A stretch of 64,000 nt of DNA from a virus. Taxonomy: Duplodnaviria; Caudoviricetes. Each line of letters begins with the position of its first letter. Positions within the stretch are counted from its first letter, which is position 1. Below the pieces are notes generated by a model. That model saw only the letters and a program-made list of their open reading frames with translations, had not been told where the DNA came from and made no database searches. The DNA is taken from the IMG/VR virus record IMGVR_UViG_3300027858_000004, positions 32,001-96,000 of that record; one strand, written 5' to 3'. Made by a program: the position numbers and the translations under genes. Of the stretch, positions 42,301 to 54,305 are shown piece after piece.

Positions 42301-44108
42301 TTTATAAACTATTTATTGACAACGGAGGAGAATGTATATGAATAAATTTAAAATTGGTGACAAAGTTGTACCTATTGATAAAACTCGTGGAAATGGACTG
42401 CGCTCTTCAGCGCATTGGGCAATGGCTAGAGACATGAATCAGCCGTTTCTTTATGTGAATAGTTGTGGGAGTGAACATGTTTATGCATGTGGATACAGCA
42501 AGTCGACTGTGAGTGGAGATTTTTTCAATGAGGTTGATTTAATACTATACGAGGAAAATACTATTGACCCTAATCTGCCTAATATCACAGAAGGACAAGC
42601 AAAGATTATTGAGCATCTTAAGGAATCTTGGGGAGAGCTAACAATGATTGAGCTTCATCTTTCTGGAGACCACTGGACTAGTGAGAGAAATATTTTAAAT
42701 ACAATTGACCCACTAGAATTCATTAAAGCTGTTACATCAGGATACAACATAGTTAAAACTGGTCTTGAGTGGATTGCAACCCCTGATGAATTAGAACTTA
42801 ATGGAATAATAATTAGAAGTAATTGGGATGACTGGAATAAGGCAAAAATAGAGTATAGAGCACAGCCCTCGGACTCAGAGCATAACAGACCCTTCTATAT
42901 TAATATAAAAAATGATTATACGGGCTTCACAATTGACGATGCGAAAGAACTAAAGGATTACTTAATACAAAAAATAGAATACTTAGAAAGCGAATAATAC
43001 TCGACTTTTATTAAGAGAAGAAAAGGGGATTAAAAATGAAGAGAATAGAAAAAGAAAGCATGGGATTCGCTGATGGCATGTTATATGGAATGGGATTCCC
43101 AAATACAGGCTTTAAACAGGTCGATTGGATAAGAGCAAAAGAGATAATAGAAGTTCATAAGAAGGATATCGTTTCAGTGAGTGCAGGATTAGCAGAAGAT
43201 TGGGACTATACATCTGGCGAAGTATGGAATAGTGTAGAGGGCTATATTAAACAAGAAGACACATATGTTTATGCCTGTAGTAAATGGGCAACACCTGCAT
43301 TAGAAATTGAATATAAAGATGGCACTGAAAAAACAATTGAATGCTGGATAGATGGAGATGACTCTAGCAGCTATTTTGACCTGTCGGATATATAAGGAGA
43401 GATAACTTGGAAATACTATCTACAACAACACACATGGGAGAATATATTTTCTATATTCTCTTTGCTTCTCTGATGTCATTAGTGCTTTTAATAGCGACCG
43501 TTGCTGGTTTTGTTGAGATATTCCATTATAAGAACCGAGATAAAGAAACTATTCTCGTAACGTTGGGAATATTAATATTTACACTATTAATTATGACAAA
43601 TGGCGCATTCATTATTAAAGATGGAGCAATAGTAACGCATGAAGCAAAGGTTACTGATTGGAACGAAGTTTACGAACAAGACTATAAAGTAGTTAAACAA
43701 AAAGGCGAATTAATAACAATACAATCAAACAAATGGGGGAAATAACATGAATCAAATATCAAATGAAGCATTAGAATTTTTAGAATATGCAAAAAAGGAA
43801 TTCACAGACAATCCAAAGTGGTCAACAACCAGAGATGGTCAGTTTATTGGACTTCGAGGCGGCTTCAGAGAAGATTGCATTACGGTTTATGAGCTGGGAA
43901 ATGAGGTAGGACAATTCACTGAGGTTCTACCAAGACAACACCTAACTTTTGTTGAGTATGATGAGTTAGTTAAATATAAAGACCTTGTTGATAGAATTAA
44001 GCGTACCCTTGAAGTTAGAAGCATATTTGAAGTGAGTGCTTATGACGAAGCACTAAATGTCATTTTAGAAGAGCTAAATAAAATTAACTTGGAAACAAAA
44101 TAATATTA

Positions 44109-44579
44109 TTGGAGGACACCCCATTGATTAGAATTCTTAGTGGAGACCTATTAGAAGCAGAAGAGGATGTTATTGTACATCAAGTTAATTGTCAATCTAG
44201 ATTTGGCTCAGGCATTGCCTTACAGGTTAGAAATAGATATCCTTCTGCATATAAAGATTATATGGACTTCTCATCAGGTAAAAGACCAATTGATTTACTG
44301 GGGAAAGTAGTGTTGTCTCCGATGCCCAATCACAGATTTATTGCACATCTGTTTGGTCAGTTGAATTATGGATATGAGAAGAGAAAATACACTAGTTATG
44401 ATGCCCTTTTTGATGGATTAACCTATATTAAAAACTCAGCTAAAAAGGCAGGAAAGTCTATAGCCATCCCATATAGATTAGGTTCCGATAGAGGTGGAGC
44501 CAATTGGGAAATAGTATATAAAATTATTGGAGATGTGTTTTTCGATTACGATGTAACCATCTATAGGTTGGAGGCGTAA
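44109..44579 (+). CDS. Macro domain protein (ADP-ribose processing; Poa1p/TARG1/DarG-like class)
   Basis: GDLL..IVHQVNC...GSGIA..V..RYP; IAIP.RLG...GG..W. Confidence 0.88.
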   Translation: MEDTPLIRILSGDLLEAEEDVIVHQVNCQSRFGSGIALQVRNRYPSAYKDYMDFSSGKRPIDLLGKVVLSPMPNHRFIAHLFGQLNYGYEKRKYTSYDALFDGLTYIKNSAKKAGKSIAIPYRLGSDRGGANWEIVYKIIGDVFFDYDVTIYRLEA

Positions 44580-44970
44580 GATGAATAAATTAGAATCCCT
44601 AGAAAAACTTTTGGAAACAATAGAAACAAAGGACAAGCTTGTCACTGGAAACTACTGTAGAGGTGAGAACAATTGCGTCATTGGACATCTCCTTAAGATT
44701 GGGAATGTCTCACAAGAGCAGCTAATCAAAATTGACAAGGGTGTTTACGGACATAGTTATGCAATTGGCACTATCTTGAGAGACGGCAAGCTAGATTTCG
44801 TTAATGATAGTTTGGTATCATTAGGTTTTGCTATTGAGTCGGATATAGATATTTTAGAAGGTTTACAGTTAGTTAATGATTATCAGGGTACTAAAGAGGT
44901 AAAAAAACATCTTAAAGTAATAATTCAAAGACTAAAAGAAGAATAAACGCAAGAATATCAGGTTTTAACT

Positions 44971-45041
44971 AAAGTTTGTGAAATTCAATTGACGCAATTC
45001 CCTATACAATGGGCATTTCAATTTTGGATTTCACAAACTTT
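44971..45041. other. Long non-coding hairpin between two junction motifs
   Basis: AAAGTTTGTGAAATTCAA / TTGGATTTCACAAACTTT 18-bp stem with one G-U pair, followed by a T-run. Confidence 0.8.
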
Positions 45042-45091
45042 TTTCATTAAAATTGGGATTTTATTAATTTATAAATATCATAAACTATGTA

Positions 45092-45120
45092 TTGACAAAT
45101 GATGTGAAGTAGTGTAATAT
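45092..45120 (+). promoter_or_regulatory. SigA-type promoter
   Basis: TTGACA-17bp-TAATAT with upstream box. Confidence 0.65.
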
Positions 45121-48100
45121 AATAATTAGATAAGACGAAGGGAGATGTGGAGATGATTCCTAAAGTAGAAAGAATATATCGGACTAACAATAGTCCAAAG
45201 CATACACAGCAGGAGCTTAAAAACTTAGAGAGAAATATTAAACCCAGAGAAGTGCAAGAATCAAAATTTATAATCATGGAGAGCTATCTAGACAGTTTGA
45301 TTTCAGAAGGAATATGCTAAATTAAAAACTATTTAATTTAAATTAATGAGGTGGAAAAAGTGATTCCAAATGAACCAATTACACTTGAAAAGTTAAAAAA
45401 GCTAATTGAGGATATGGCTCCCTATGGAAATAATTACACCAAAGTGAAAATGAATGAAAGATATTTTAATCACTTGATATTAACTGGGGTTGCTACTGGT
45501 ATCAGAGATAAAAGAACACGACCTATTTTCATAGGAGTGCCGATTGAATTTGATAATAGTATAGAAACATTTAAGTTTATAAAAGAAGGGGAGAATGAAG
45601 AGTGAGCGAAAAACTATCAGAAAAGATATGGGAACAGTCATCTGAATGGATTGACCAAATTGGAGTAGTAATTGGAGGCTTAGCAAAGCAGCTTGGTGTG
45701 GCAACAGAGCATGTCTACACTGTTTACACTAAGCAAGTATTTTTTGAGGGAGTTATATATGCATCTGCAACAGCATTTTTCCTATTAGTTTTGATATTAG
45801 GCAATATTATTACATGGTTTGTAACTAGAAATTCTTATGGAGAAGAAAAATGGGTAGCAAGAATAATAGCAGCAGTTGTTTTGCTGTTCGTTGGTAGTCT
45901 TATTACGTTTGAAGTCTTAGTTCCAAATCTATTAAAAGCTTTCAATCCAGAATATTACACAATTAAAACGATAGTAGACCAAATAGGAAGTATGTTGAAC
46001 AAATAATAAAATGAATTTAAAAAGGAGATAACTTACAATGACGGGTATTTATATTTTAGTAGTGATAATTCTCAATGTCGTAGAAAAAGTTCCACAAGCG
46101 GTAGAAGGAGTTAATACAGTTATAAACGCAAATTTAAGCGGGGAAAAAATGTTTTGGATTGGCTTTTTGATTGCAGTTGTTCTAGATATGATTTTTGACT
46201 AAGAAAAATAGATTGAGAGGTAACATAAATATGAAGCGTTCACTAGTTATTTTGCACAATGATGATACGGAGCCAATTGAATTGGAACTAAAAAAAGCAA
46301 CACAAGTTAAATCAGAGAGTGAATTTATTTATTTCGAAAAGATAAATGATGAGTGGAGACTAACATTTAGTACCTCTGCTATAGAAGATTTTTCCAAAGT
46401 CGATTGCTTACAGATTTTAAGAAATGATTAAAGAGGGAGAAAAACATGGCTGAAATTAATTTAATTGATGAAAAAACTGATTTATCACAGCTTAAAAAAC
46501 CTTATGGATGGGATTTAGAAGTAAAAGGTGTGCCATATGATATTTATCGTATAGAAGGATATAACCATACCATCGGTGGGAAATGGGGAGAAAACTGCTT
46601 TTGGGCTTGCCCATCAGGTGAAAAGCCTTCATTTGAAAATCTCATAGAGTTCAATGGAGATGCACCTACTTGGGGGATATCCTTTGAGCGAGTTAATTAT
46701 ATAAAGAGCAAATGGAATGAAACCTCTGTGGAAACTAGTGGAGATTGCTGGATAACACGTAATGGGAAGAAGTTTTATCACATTTCTGGTAGAAGTATGG
46801 ATTATGCATTGGCTAAAGCGCAGCATTTATTGGTTCAACTTTTAGAAGAATGTCCACTTTATCTATCTGATAGAAATTGGAAAGAACAGGCTATTGGACG
46901 TAAGATTTGGTATGAAAATCAGCCCGCTATTATAACTAGTATTACTAGTGGAAACGAATTGTGGATAGAACCTGATGGCATTCCTTGCTTTAAAGCGCCC
47001 CCTCACTGGGACGACATGGACTATGATGATTATGCAGATGGGCTACGAGTAGGGTTATTATCGCCTGATATTTATTGGTATAGAAATTAGTAATATCAGG
47101 ATATTATTAAAAAGGGGAGAACAGATTAATGAATATAATATACTTAATATTAGCAGTTATATTAGTGGTAACTTTAGTAATTTTTATATCTTCAAGTCTT
47201 TATTGGAAGATGATAGATTTAGAAGATTTGGCATCATCATTCGGAATTGGGATTATTGTAGGGGCTATAGCTGCTTTACTTATACTAATTTATGGATTTA
47301 CTGCTGATGGAAAATTATATAAAAGTGAAACGTATGAAATTTCAGCTATTAAAGACAATTCAAATGTATCAGGAAATAGTTTCATAGGAACAGGCTACGT
47401 TAATGAAAGCCAATATTATTTCTATATTCTAGAAACTAAAAAAGGCAAGAAAATGCACAAAGTCCATATTGGTGATGCCTATTTAAATGAAGGTGATTAC
47501 ACTCCTTATGTAGATGTGTACGATTATAAGTATAATAGTAAATTCGCTCAATGGTTATATGGTAAAAACAAATACGATGATTATGAATTTGTATTCTTCA
47601 TACCTGAAGATACTGTCACAACCGAATTTAATGTAGATATGGAGTAATAAATAGGAGGAAACATTCAATGGAAACAGTAACGCTATGGGATAAATTAAAA
47701 CTACAAATTGATAACTTAGAATTAATGCATGAGCAACATAAAGCAGGACAAGATGTTAGCACTTCAGTATATTGGCAAGTTGAATACATTCATGAGATTT
47801 TAAGTAGTTTAGAGGATAAATTAGGGGCAAGTAAAATACGTGGCGAATATATTGATTTAGATTAATATTCGGTAATAGCTATGAAAGGGGGACTAGCAAA
47901 TGAGCAACACGATGAGTCTAAAAGGTGGATTAAATATGTATGCAGGATTTGGTGAAAGATACGAATCAGATATACCACCTGAAGGAAGAAAAGTATTTTA
48001 TATGCAAAAGAATGGATTTGACCATCATCAGGAACATGCTAATAAATACTTTAAGAAGAACGATGTGCTTACTATTAAAGAAATATATGTAGGAAGAAGC

Positions 48101-51100
48101 AGCTCTGAAGTGGAGTTCGTTGAACATCCTAATCAGAAATTTAATACTGTTATGTTTGCAGATTTTGAGATAGGTGGTTATGTAGATAGCAGTGACGGTA
48201 TCCTTGCGATGCTTCACCTTCACCATGATTTTGTTTTACCGAAGAATGATGCTAGAAGAATTTCAAATGCTCATATAAATCGAATAGCTGAAACTCTTAA
48301 AAACTTAGATACACAGGAAAAGATAGATTAATAAAAGCAACCTATTATTAAAAATAAATATATAAATGGAGGAGACAGAATGAATACCACACGACATATA
48401 GAATCGATAAATGGTCAGCCGCATGTAAAAAGAATATCAATAGAATTAAGACCAGATGAGGTTAAAGAACTAATAGACGCATTAAAAAATACGCATAATA
48501 GCATTCTAATTAAAAATATAGTTTTTGATTTGACAGGTCAATTATCATATTGTTAATAGTTAATAAAATTAGGTTATTATTAAAAACTATTTAAACTAAA
48601 ATGGAGGAATTAGAATGGGTAAATTAATATTAGGGATTATCGGTGTCATTGCAGGTATAGCTTTAGGATTGTACGTTGGAGTGTATCTGCTTTTAATAGG
48701 TGGAATTATGGGACTCGTTGAAGTAGTAAATGTTATGACCGATGGTGGAGCAGCAGATGGTGGACTAATTGCTTGGAGCGTTGTGAAGATGTTGTTCTCA
48801 GGTGTTGCTGGGAGTATTTCAGCTTATGTATTAGTTCTACCTTCATTAGCTTTAATGAGCGTGAACCTTGGTCACACATCAAAACGCAAGAAGCGTATAT
48901 AAGAGGGAGAGATAAATATGAAAACAATTGAAGAAGCGATTCTAGAATTAAGAGGGTGTGGGGCTGCCATCCAAATTACTATTGATTGGGATAAGAGTCC
49001 AACTGTTCATGTATTTGATAGAAATGGAAAACTACATCAAACTAGTGGAATGGATGTTCTAACAGCGTTGCAATCTATGACACTGAAATTAATCCAACAG
49101 AACAATGAGGGGGAAAACAATTGATATCTGTTGGTACTGAAATATCTGAAACAGAAAAGTGTGGAAGTTGTCGCTCTAAAGATAGGGTTGTTAGAGTTGA
49201 AATTGGCAATGGGAATTATATATCCTTCTTCCACTTGTGCAGTCAATGCTCTAAAGAATTGCATACAAAATTGGAAGAGTCGAAGTCTACTATTGAAGGA
49301 GAGTAATAATAATATGAAAAACATATGGACGGCTACAGCACCACTTAGACGAAGTGATTTAGAATATTATGGTTTCACATTTTCTGCAAAAGAATTGAAA
49401 ACACCCACACTAGAACATTATTTCAAAAGTGTTCATATAAATCTATTTGCACATGGAACGTTAATGAGGGCAAGACATAGGCTGGGACTACCTATATACA
49501 ACTAAAGGGAGGAAATAGAATATGAAAGTTAAAAAGACACTTCATGAGGTCTATAGTGAGATAGTTAGATTAAGGGAGCAAAGAGACATGATGGGACAGG
49601 TCGCTACAGAAAGACCAGTATCATGCAAATATCATCACCTTTAATAATAGGGGGGATGATAATTAATAATCCTCTATCTTATTTCTTTGTAAGATTATAT
49701 GTAAGAAAACACATTAAAAACAATGTAAAGATAAAACGTGTAGAAAATAAGTGGAGATAAGAAGGGGGAATTACAATGAGTAAAACAAAGGTATTATTAG
49801 CATATGGTGACGGTGACTACGGTGCAATGGACTTTGAGGAAAAGTTTAAAGTAAAAGATGTCTACGCAGAAATGTTAGAAAATAATGTAACTGAAATAGA
49901 CCTTATTCACGATTGTGGATATGGGGATGAAGAGATACATGTGACTCTCCATGAGTTTGCAGAGGTAGACCCAGAGTTTGTAGGATTTATATTTGAAGAG
50001 TTTATGGAATACGATAATTCAAAAGCTAAATGCTTTTATATTGTAGATTAGGAGTGAGAACATGAAAAAATTAACATTACAATTGGAAAATATCGAAGGT
50101 GTAATAGAGCAAGAGAGTCAAATCAGTATGGGTGACAATGACATTTTAGTTATGCAGTATCCAGAAAGAATGACTCTAGCAGAGGCTTATGAGTCTTTTG
50201 AAATTTTAGAGAATTCATTTATAAACAATGTGAGTGTAATAGCAATGCCTTCTGACTTAACATTTAAGGTAATTAAAAACAAAAGGAGTGAAAAAGATGA
50301 TTAATGCACTACTATACGTTAACTATGTAAGACATGTTAGTATTTTTCTAAAGTCTTCACCAAGCGTAGGAGAACATATTTCTATTGAAGACAAAGCATA
50401 CAAAATAGAAAAAATAGTACACCATGAGTTGGATGCCAGTAAATTTGATTTAGAGCTTTATGTGGTAAGCGAAGATTATTAATAATATTTCCATTTTATA
50501 CAGGAGGTAAGTAATGAATAAAGAATTAGATAAGGCTTTTGAAAGCTTACAAGATAATATGGTTAAGCAAGCTTTGATATATAAAGATACAAAGTTAGAC
50601 CCATTCTATCGTTTTGTAATAGGTAAAATGGATTTTAAAGAATGTGTAGATAAGGTTGCGAAAAACATTTGATAAAATGCGAGATTTATAAAGGAGGAAT
50701 ATATAAGTGCAAGTTTATACAGATGAATTTATTGAAGCAATGGAGAAAATTGAAAATAACGTAGAGAAAGCAATATCAGATTGGATTAATAAAATAAATT
50801 TAGATTCCATGATAGAGTCTAGAAATATTTTAATTGGAGATAGCAATGAGTTTTTAAATGGATTTTTTGTCAACGCTAAAACACATAAAATAGATATTTC
50901 AAATGAAATTAATCTAGGAAGAAGAAATTCAATCGATGACATTAGCAAAGCGGTATGTAAAAAAGCTTTAAATGACTTACAAGAATTGATTGAAAAAAAG
51001 ATTGAAGAGTCTACCATTCCTGTCAATAGAGCTAGAGATGTAAGAAAGATTATAAAAGTTGCATACGAAGGGGCTCTAATTGAGTTAAACAGTCTAACTC

Positions 51101-52231
51101 TATGCTTAAAAATTGGCATCGAAGAATATAAGAAAACAAAAGATTGACTAATGCGAATTTGATAAAGGAGGATTAACATGGAAGAGTCAAAATGGGCGAT
51201 TGTTGACAAGAAAACAGGCAAGTTCTTAGTAAGTAAGCTTTATACTCATAGAGGTACTGCACTGAATATCCTTAATAAAGGGCATTTCTATATCCCTGAT
51301 TTACATGAGCCTGTTGTAGTTGGCTTAAATCAGGCTTTAGGGTTAGCGTTAGCAAAAGCACAAACAGAAGTGAGAGATTAATAAAACTTCTATTTTATAA
51401 GGGGATATGACTATGGGATTTATAATAATAAATAAAATTACAGGAGAGCTATTAACTCTGAAAATATATAAACACGAAGGTACAGCAAAACATCAGATAA
51501 ATAGAGGAATATATCATATTCCAAATAAGCAGGAACCAGTTGTAATTCCAATGCCAAGTACACATACAATGAAGGAAGTTGCGAATGGTGCATCATATAG
51601 CACAATTAAGTATGCTGGAAAGCTTCCATTGAGACCGCTTGAGTTTGATGAATGTCTTTGCACAGAGGAGGAAAACAATGAATAAACAAGAAATTTATGA
51701 TTCAATTGTTAATTGGCAAATGGAAGCTGGAGAAGATTTCTTAGATTACTTTGACTCAGACTTAAAGGCTGGGAGCTATATGATATGGTGCTTAGGTAGG
51801 GGTCACATTACAGTTGAACAATTTAATCTGTGGGAAGAAGATAGCAGCTATTATTCAGATTGGGCTTCACACTATGTTCATAACTGTCATGGAGAAGATA
51901 TTCCTTATTCAGTTGTTAGTGAAGAAGACTGGACAGAAGAGGGTCAAGAAAAGGCTTATATGATTCTTGCAGAGTTTATTTCTGAAAGTGTTACCTATCA
52001 AAAGAGACTAAAAGAATTTTTAGAGGAAAACTAAGCTATGAAATTTTTAGAATATTTTAGAGTAAATAGCACACCCATTGCAATAACACTGGCAATCTTA
52101 ATGCTATTAAACTTTTATTCCACAAATGAGAATGGGATTATAGTTAATGTGTTAGTAAATGGAGTAACATGGATAGTTATCTACACATTGTTAAAGCAAT
52201 TTATCTTTTTTAAAAAATCATAAATTACTTA

Positions 52232-52260
52232 TTGACAACATATTAAACCTGTGATAAGCT
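52232..52260 (+). promoter_or_regulatory. SigA-type promoter
   Basis: TTGACA-17bp-TAAGCT with upstream box. Confidence 0.7.
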
Positions 52261-52790
52261 TGTTTAGTGGAGGTGAGAAGGATACTTAAAGAGCATAAGG
52301 TCATAGTAATATTAGATGAGCCTAAAAGGGTTGCTTTAAAGCTAGACCACTTAGATATAGAATATTGGAGTGTAACAGTAATCATGAAAGGCTCAAAGAA
52401 AGAGTATGAGTCATCGGTAACTTTTGAAACGTTTGATAAAGCTATTGCATTAAAAGAGGGGGATACTTTTCTCCGATGAGAGCAGGTAATTAATTGAACA
52501 TTGAAGATATTGAATTAGAAAACGTTGAAAGAATTGAAAGACAATTAATAGAAAAGTATGGAGCATTAGGTGCATCTCTAACTAATAGTATTAAAACTAT
52601 TAAAACCAATTTAAAATTATACTCTATTGATGAAGAACTTTTAAACAGAGTTAATGAAGAGATGTATGAGGCTGGGCAACAAGAAGATATCAAAGATGTG
52701 GAAACAAAAATAAAGCACCTGTCCAGTACGTTTTGGGACTAAGAGCTTTATACTAAAAACTATATATTGACATGAAAAGGGGTTTGGAAA

Positions 52791-53147
52791 ATGAAGAATG
52801 AAACAATTCGACAAAACACTAAGAAAGAACAAATTATCAATATCTTGAGAGAGCATCCAAATGGTATCACAAACGTGGAGCTTTCTAAAGTGGCACTTCG
52901 CTATGGAGGATATCTTGGCTTACTTTATAGAGATGGATACAAAATTACTAAAGCTCATTTGGGTGATGGTGTATATCTATACACTCTAACAGAAGAGCCA
53001 AAAGAAAAGCGTCAGCACAGTACAGCAATTGAAACGTTTGCATGTGCATTACAACTAAATGGAATGGATGATGTTGCTTCATCCCTTGTGGAACTATTGG
53101 AGGAAGCAGGAGTAGCATTAAGATTCAAAGGTGGAACTTATCAATAA
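52791..53147 (+). CDS. Putative winged-helix DNA-binding protein
   Basis: IINILR...GITNVELS...L...GYKI....GVYLY pattern. Confidence 0.55.
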   Translation: MKNETIRQNTKKEQIINILREHPNGITNVELSKVALRYGGYLGLLYRDGYKITKAHLGDGVYLYTLTEEPKEKRQHSTAIETFACALQLNGMDDVASSLVELLEEAGVALRFKGGTYQ

Positions 53148-53417
53148 ATAGTTATAAAGACTCCTTTCTATTAGTTAGTTATTAACATATAATATGAAAG
53201 CTCAAGAAGGGAGGGAGTTTTAGAATGGGTTCATTAAAATACAGTATTACTTTTGTTGAAAAAAATGCTGGATACGAGAGCTTGACAGAAGAAGAATTAA
53301 CGGAAACTGCTGAAGCCTTAAAGGAATATATCAAAGATATTCTGGCTGTTAGATTTAATACGGAGAGAGAAACAATTCAAATAAGCTTTGAAGCAGTTCA
53401 AGAATAGGAGGATTTAA

Positions 53418-54011
53418 ATGGAGTTCAAAACAGAAATTAAAGCATCTAAATTTAAAAAAGACAACATCGTGGGACTAATCAATAGCCCTGACCAAAGCTC
53501 ATACATTATTTTAGCTAAGTATCTAGTAAATAATAAATATAGCTATGAGTGCACTCTACTGGATGATTTTCTAAGTGGGAAAAAGTTTGGTATGTATACA
53601 TTTAGTGAATCACAACTAGGGTTAATAGAGGATATAAAGCAAGGAGAATTCTCTATGGACATGACAAATGTGATATTAGATTTAACACCTGCAACCCTGT
53701 TCCCATCAGATGGTGCAAAAGTAGACCCTAATCATAAGTTGCACATGGACTTAATTCTTCAAATGCATGAGACTTATCTTGTAAAAAATAAAGACTACGG
53801 TAATTCATTCTCTGAGCAATACGATGAGTATGGTGTATTGTCGGCTATTATCCGCTTTGATGATAAGATACGTAGAATTAAACAGCTTATGCGCAATGGC
53901 AAAGCAGAAGTAAACGATGAGAGCTTAAAAGACAGTGTAAAAGACTTAGCAAATTATGCAGTAATGCTTTGGATGGAATTAGAAAAAGATGAAAGAAATA
54001 ATATAAAATAA
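53418..54011 (+). CDS. Protein with C-terminal nucleotide modification associated domain 1 (DUF1599-like)
   Basis: KNKDYGNSF, IRFDDKIRR, ESLKDSVKDLANYAVM. Confidence 0.75.
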   Translation: MEFKTEIKASKFKKDNIVGLINSPDQSSYIILAKYLVNNKYSYECTLLDDFLSGKKFGMYTFSESQLGLIEDIKQGEFSMDMTNVILDLTPATLFPSDGAKVDPNHKLHMDLILQMHETYLVKNKDYGNSFSEQYDEYGVLSAIIRFDDKIRRIKQLMRNGKAEVNDESLKDSVKDLANYAVMLWMELEKDERNNIK

Positions 54012-54305
54012 TTTATAAACTACTTAATGACAAGTAGATAAAAGGAAGAGGAAGAAAAATGGAAATGAGAATGGAAAAATTGGTTCGTGGAGACAAGGTA
54101 TTATTTAATCCAGCGTTTGAGGAGCAAGCATGGATTGACTATGCAGGATTGGAAGCAGAAGTGTTGTCTGTTTTCAACGATGAAGTAGAGATTTTATTTG
54201 AAGATGGAACGGAACTTGGAGTTATTGATTTCGAATTAATTAAAAAATAAGAAAAGCGTAGAAACCTACTGCTTTCAAATATGAAAAAAAGAGAGGAAAT
54301 GAAAC

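Larger units (their letters stand above)
42994..51398. repeat. Cluster 2 of the 18-bp junction motif (42994, 44951, 45047, 47090, 48331, 48563, 50482, 50672, 51381; degenerate 51146)
   Basis: e.g. ATAATA ctcgac TTTTAT, ATAAAA tgcgag ATTTAT, ATAAAA cttcta TTTTAT. Confidence 0.85.
42332..53407 (+). other. Second large array of small hypothetical genes (about 35 ORFs, several membrane proteins)
   Basis: Densely packed + strand ORFs with RBS. Confidence 0.8.

Noticed and set aside
1131-51398. Junction motif as intrinsic terminators or classical attC/dif sites
   Set aside because: A 6-bp all-AT stem is too weak for termination, and there are no GTTRRRY/RYYYAAC boxes or XerC/XerD arm consensus.
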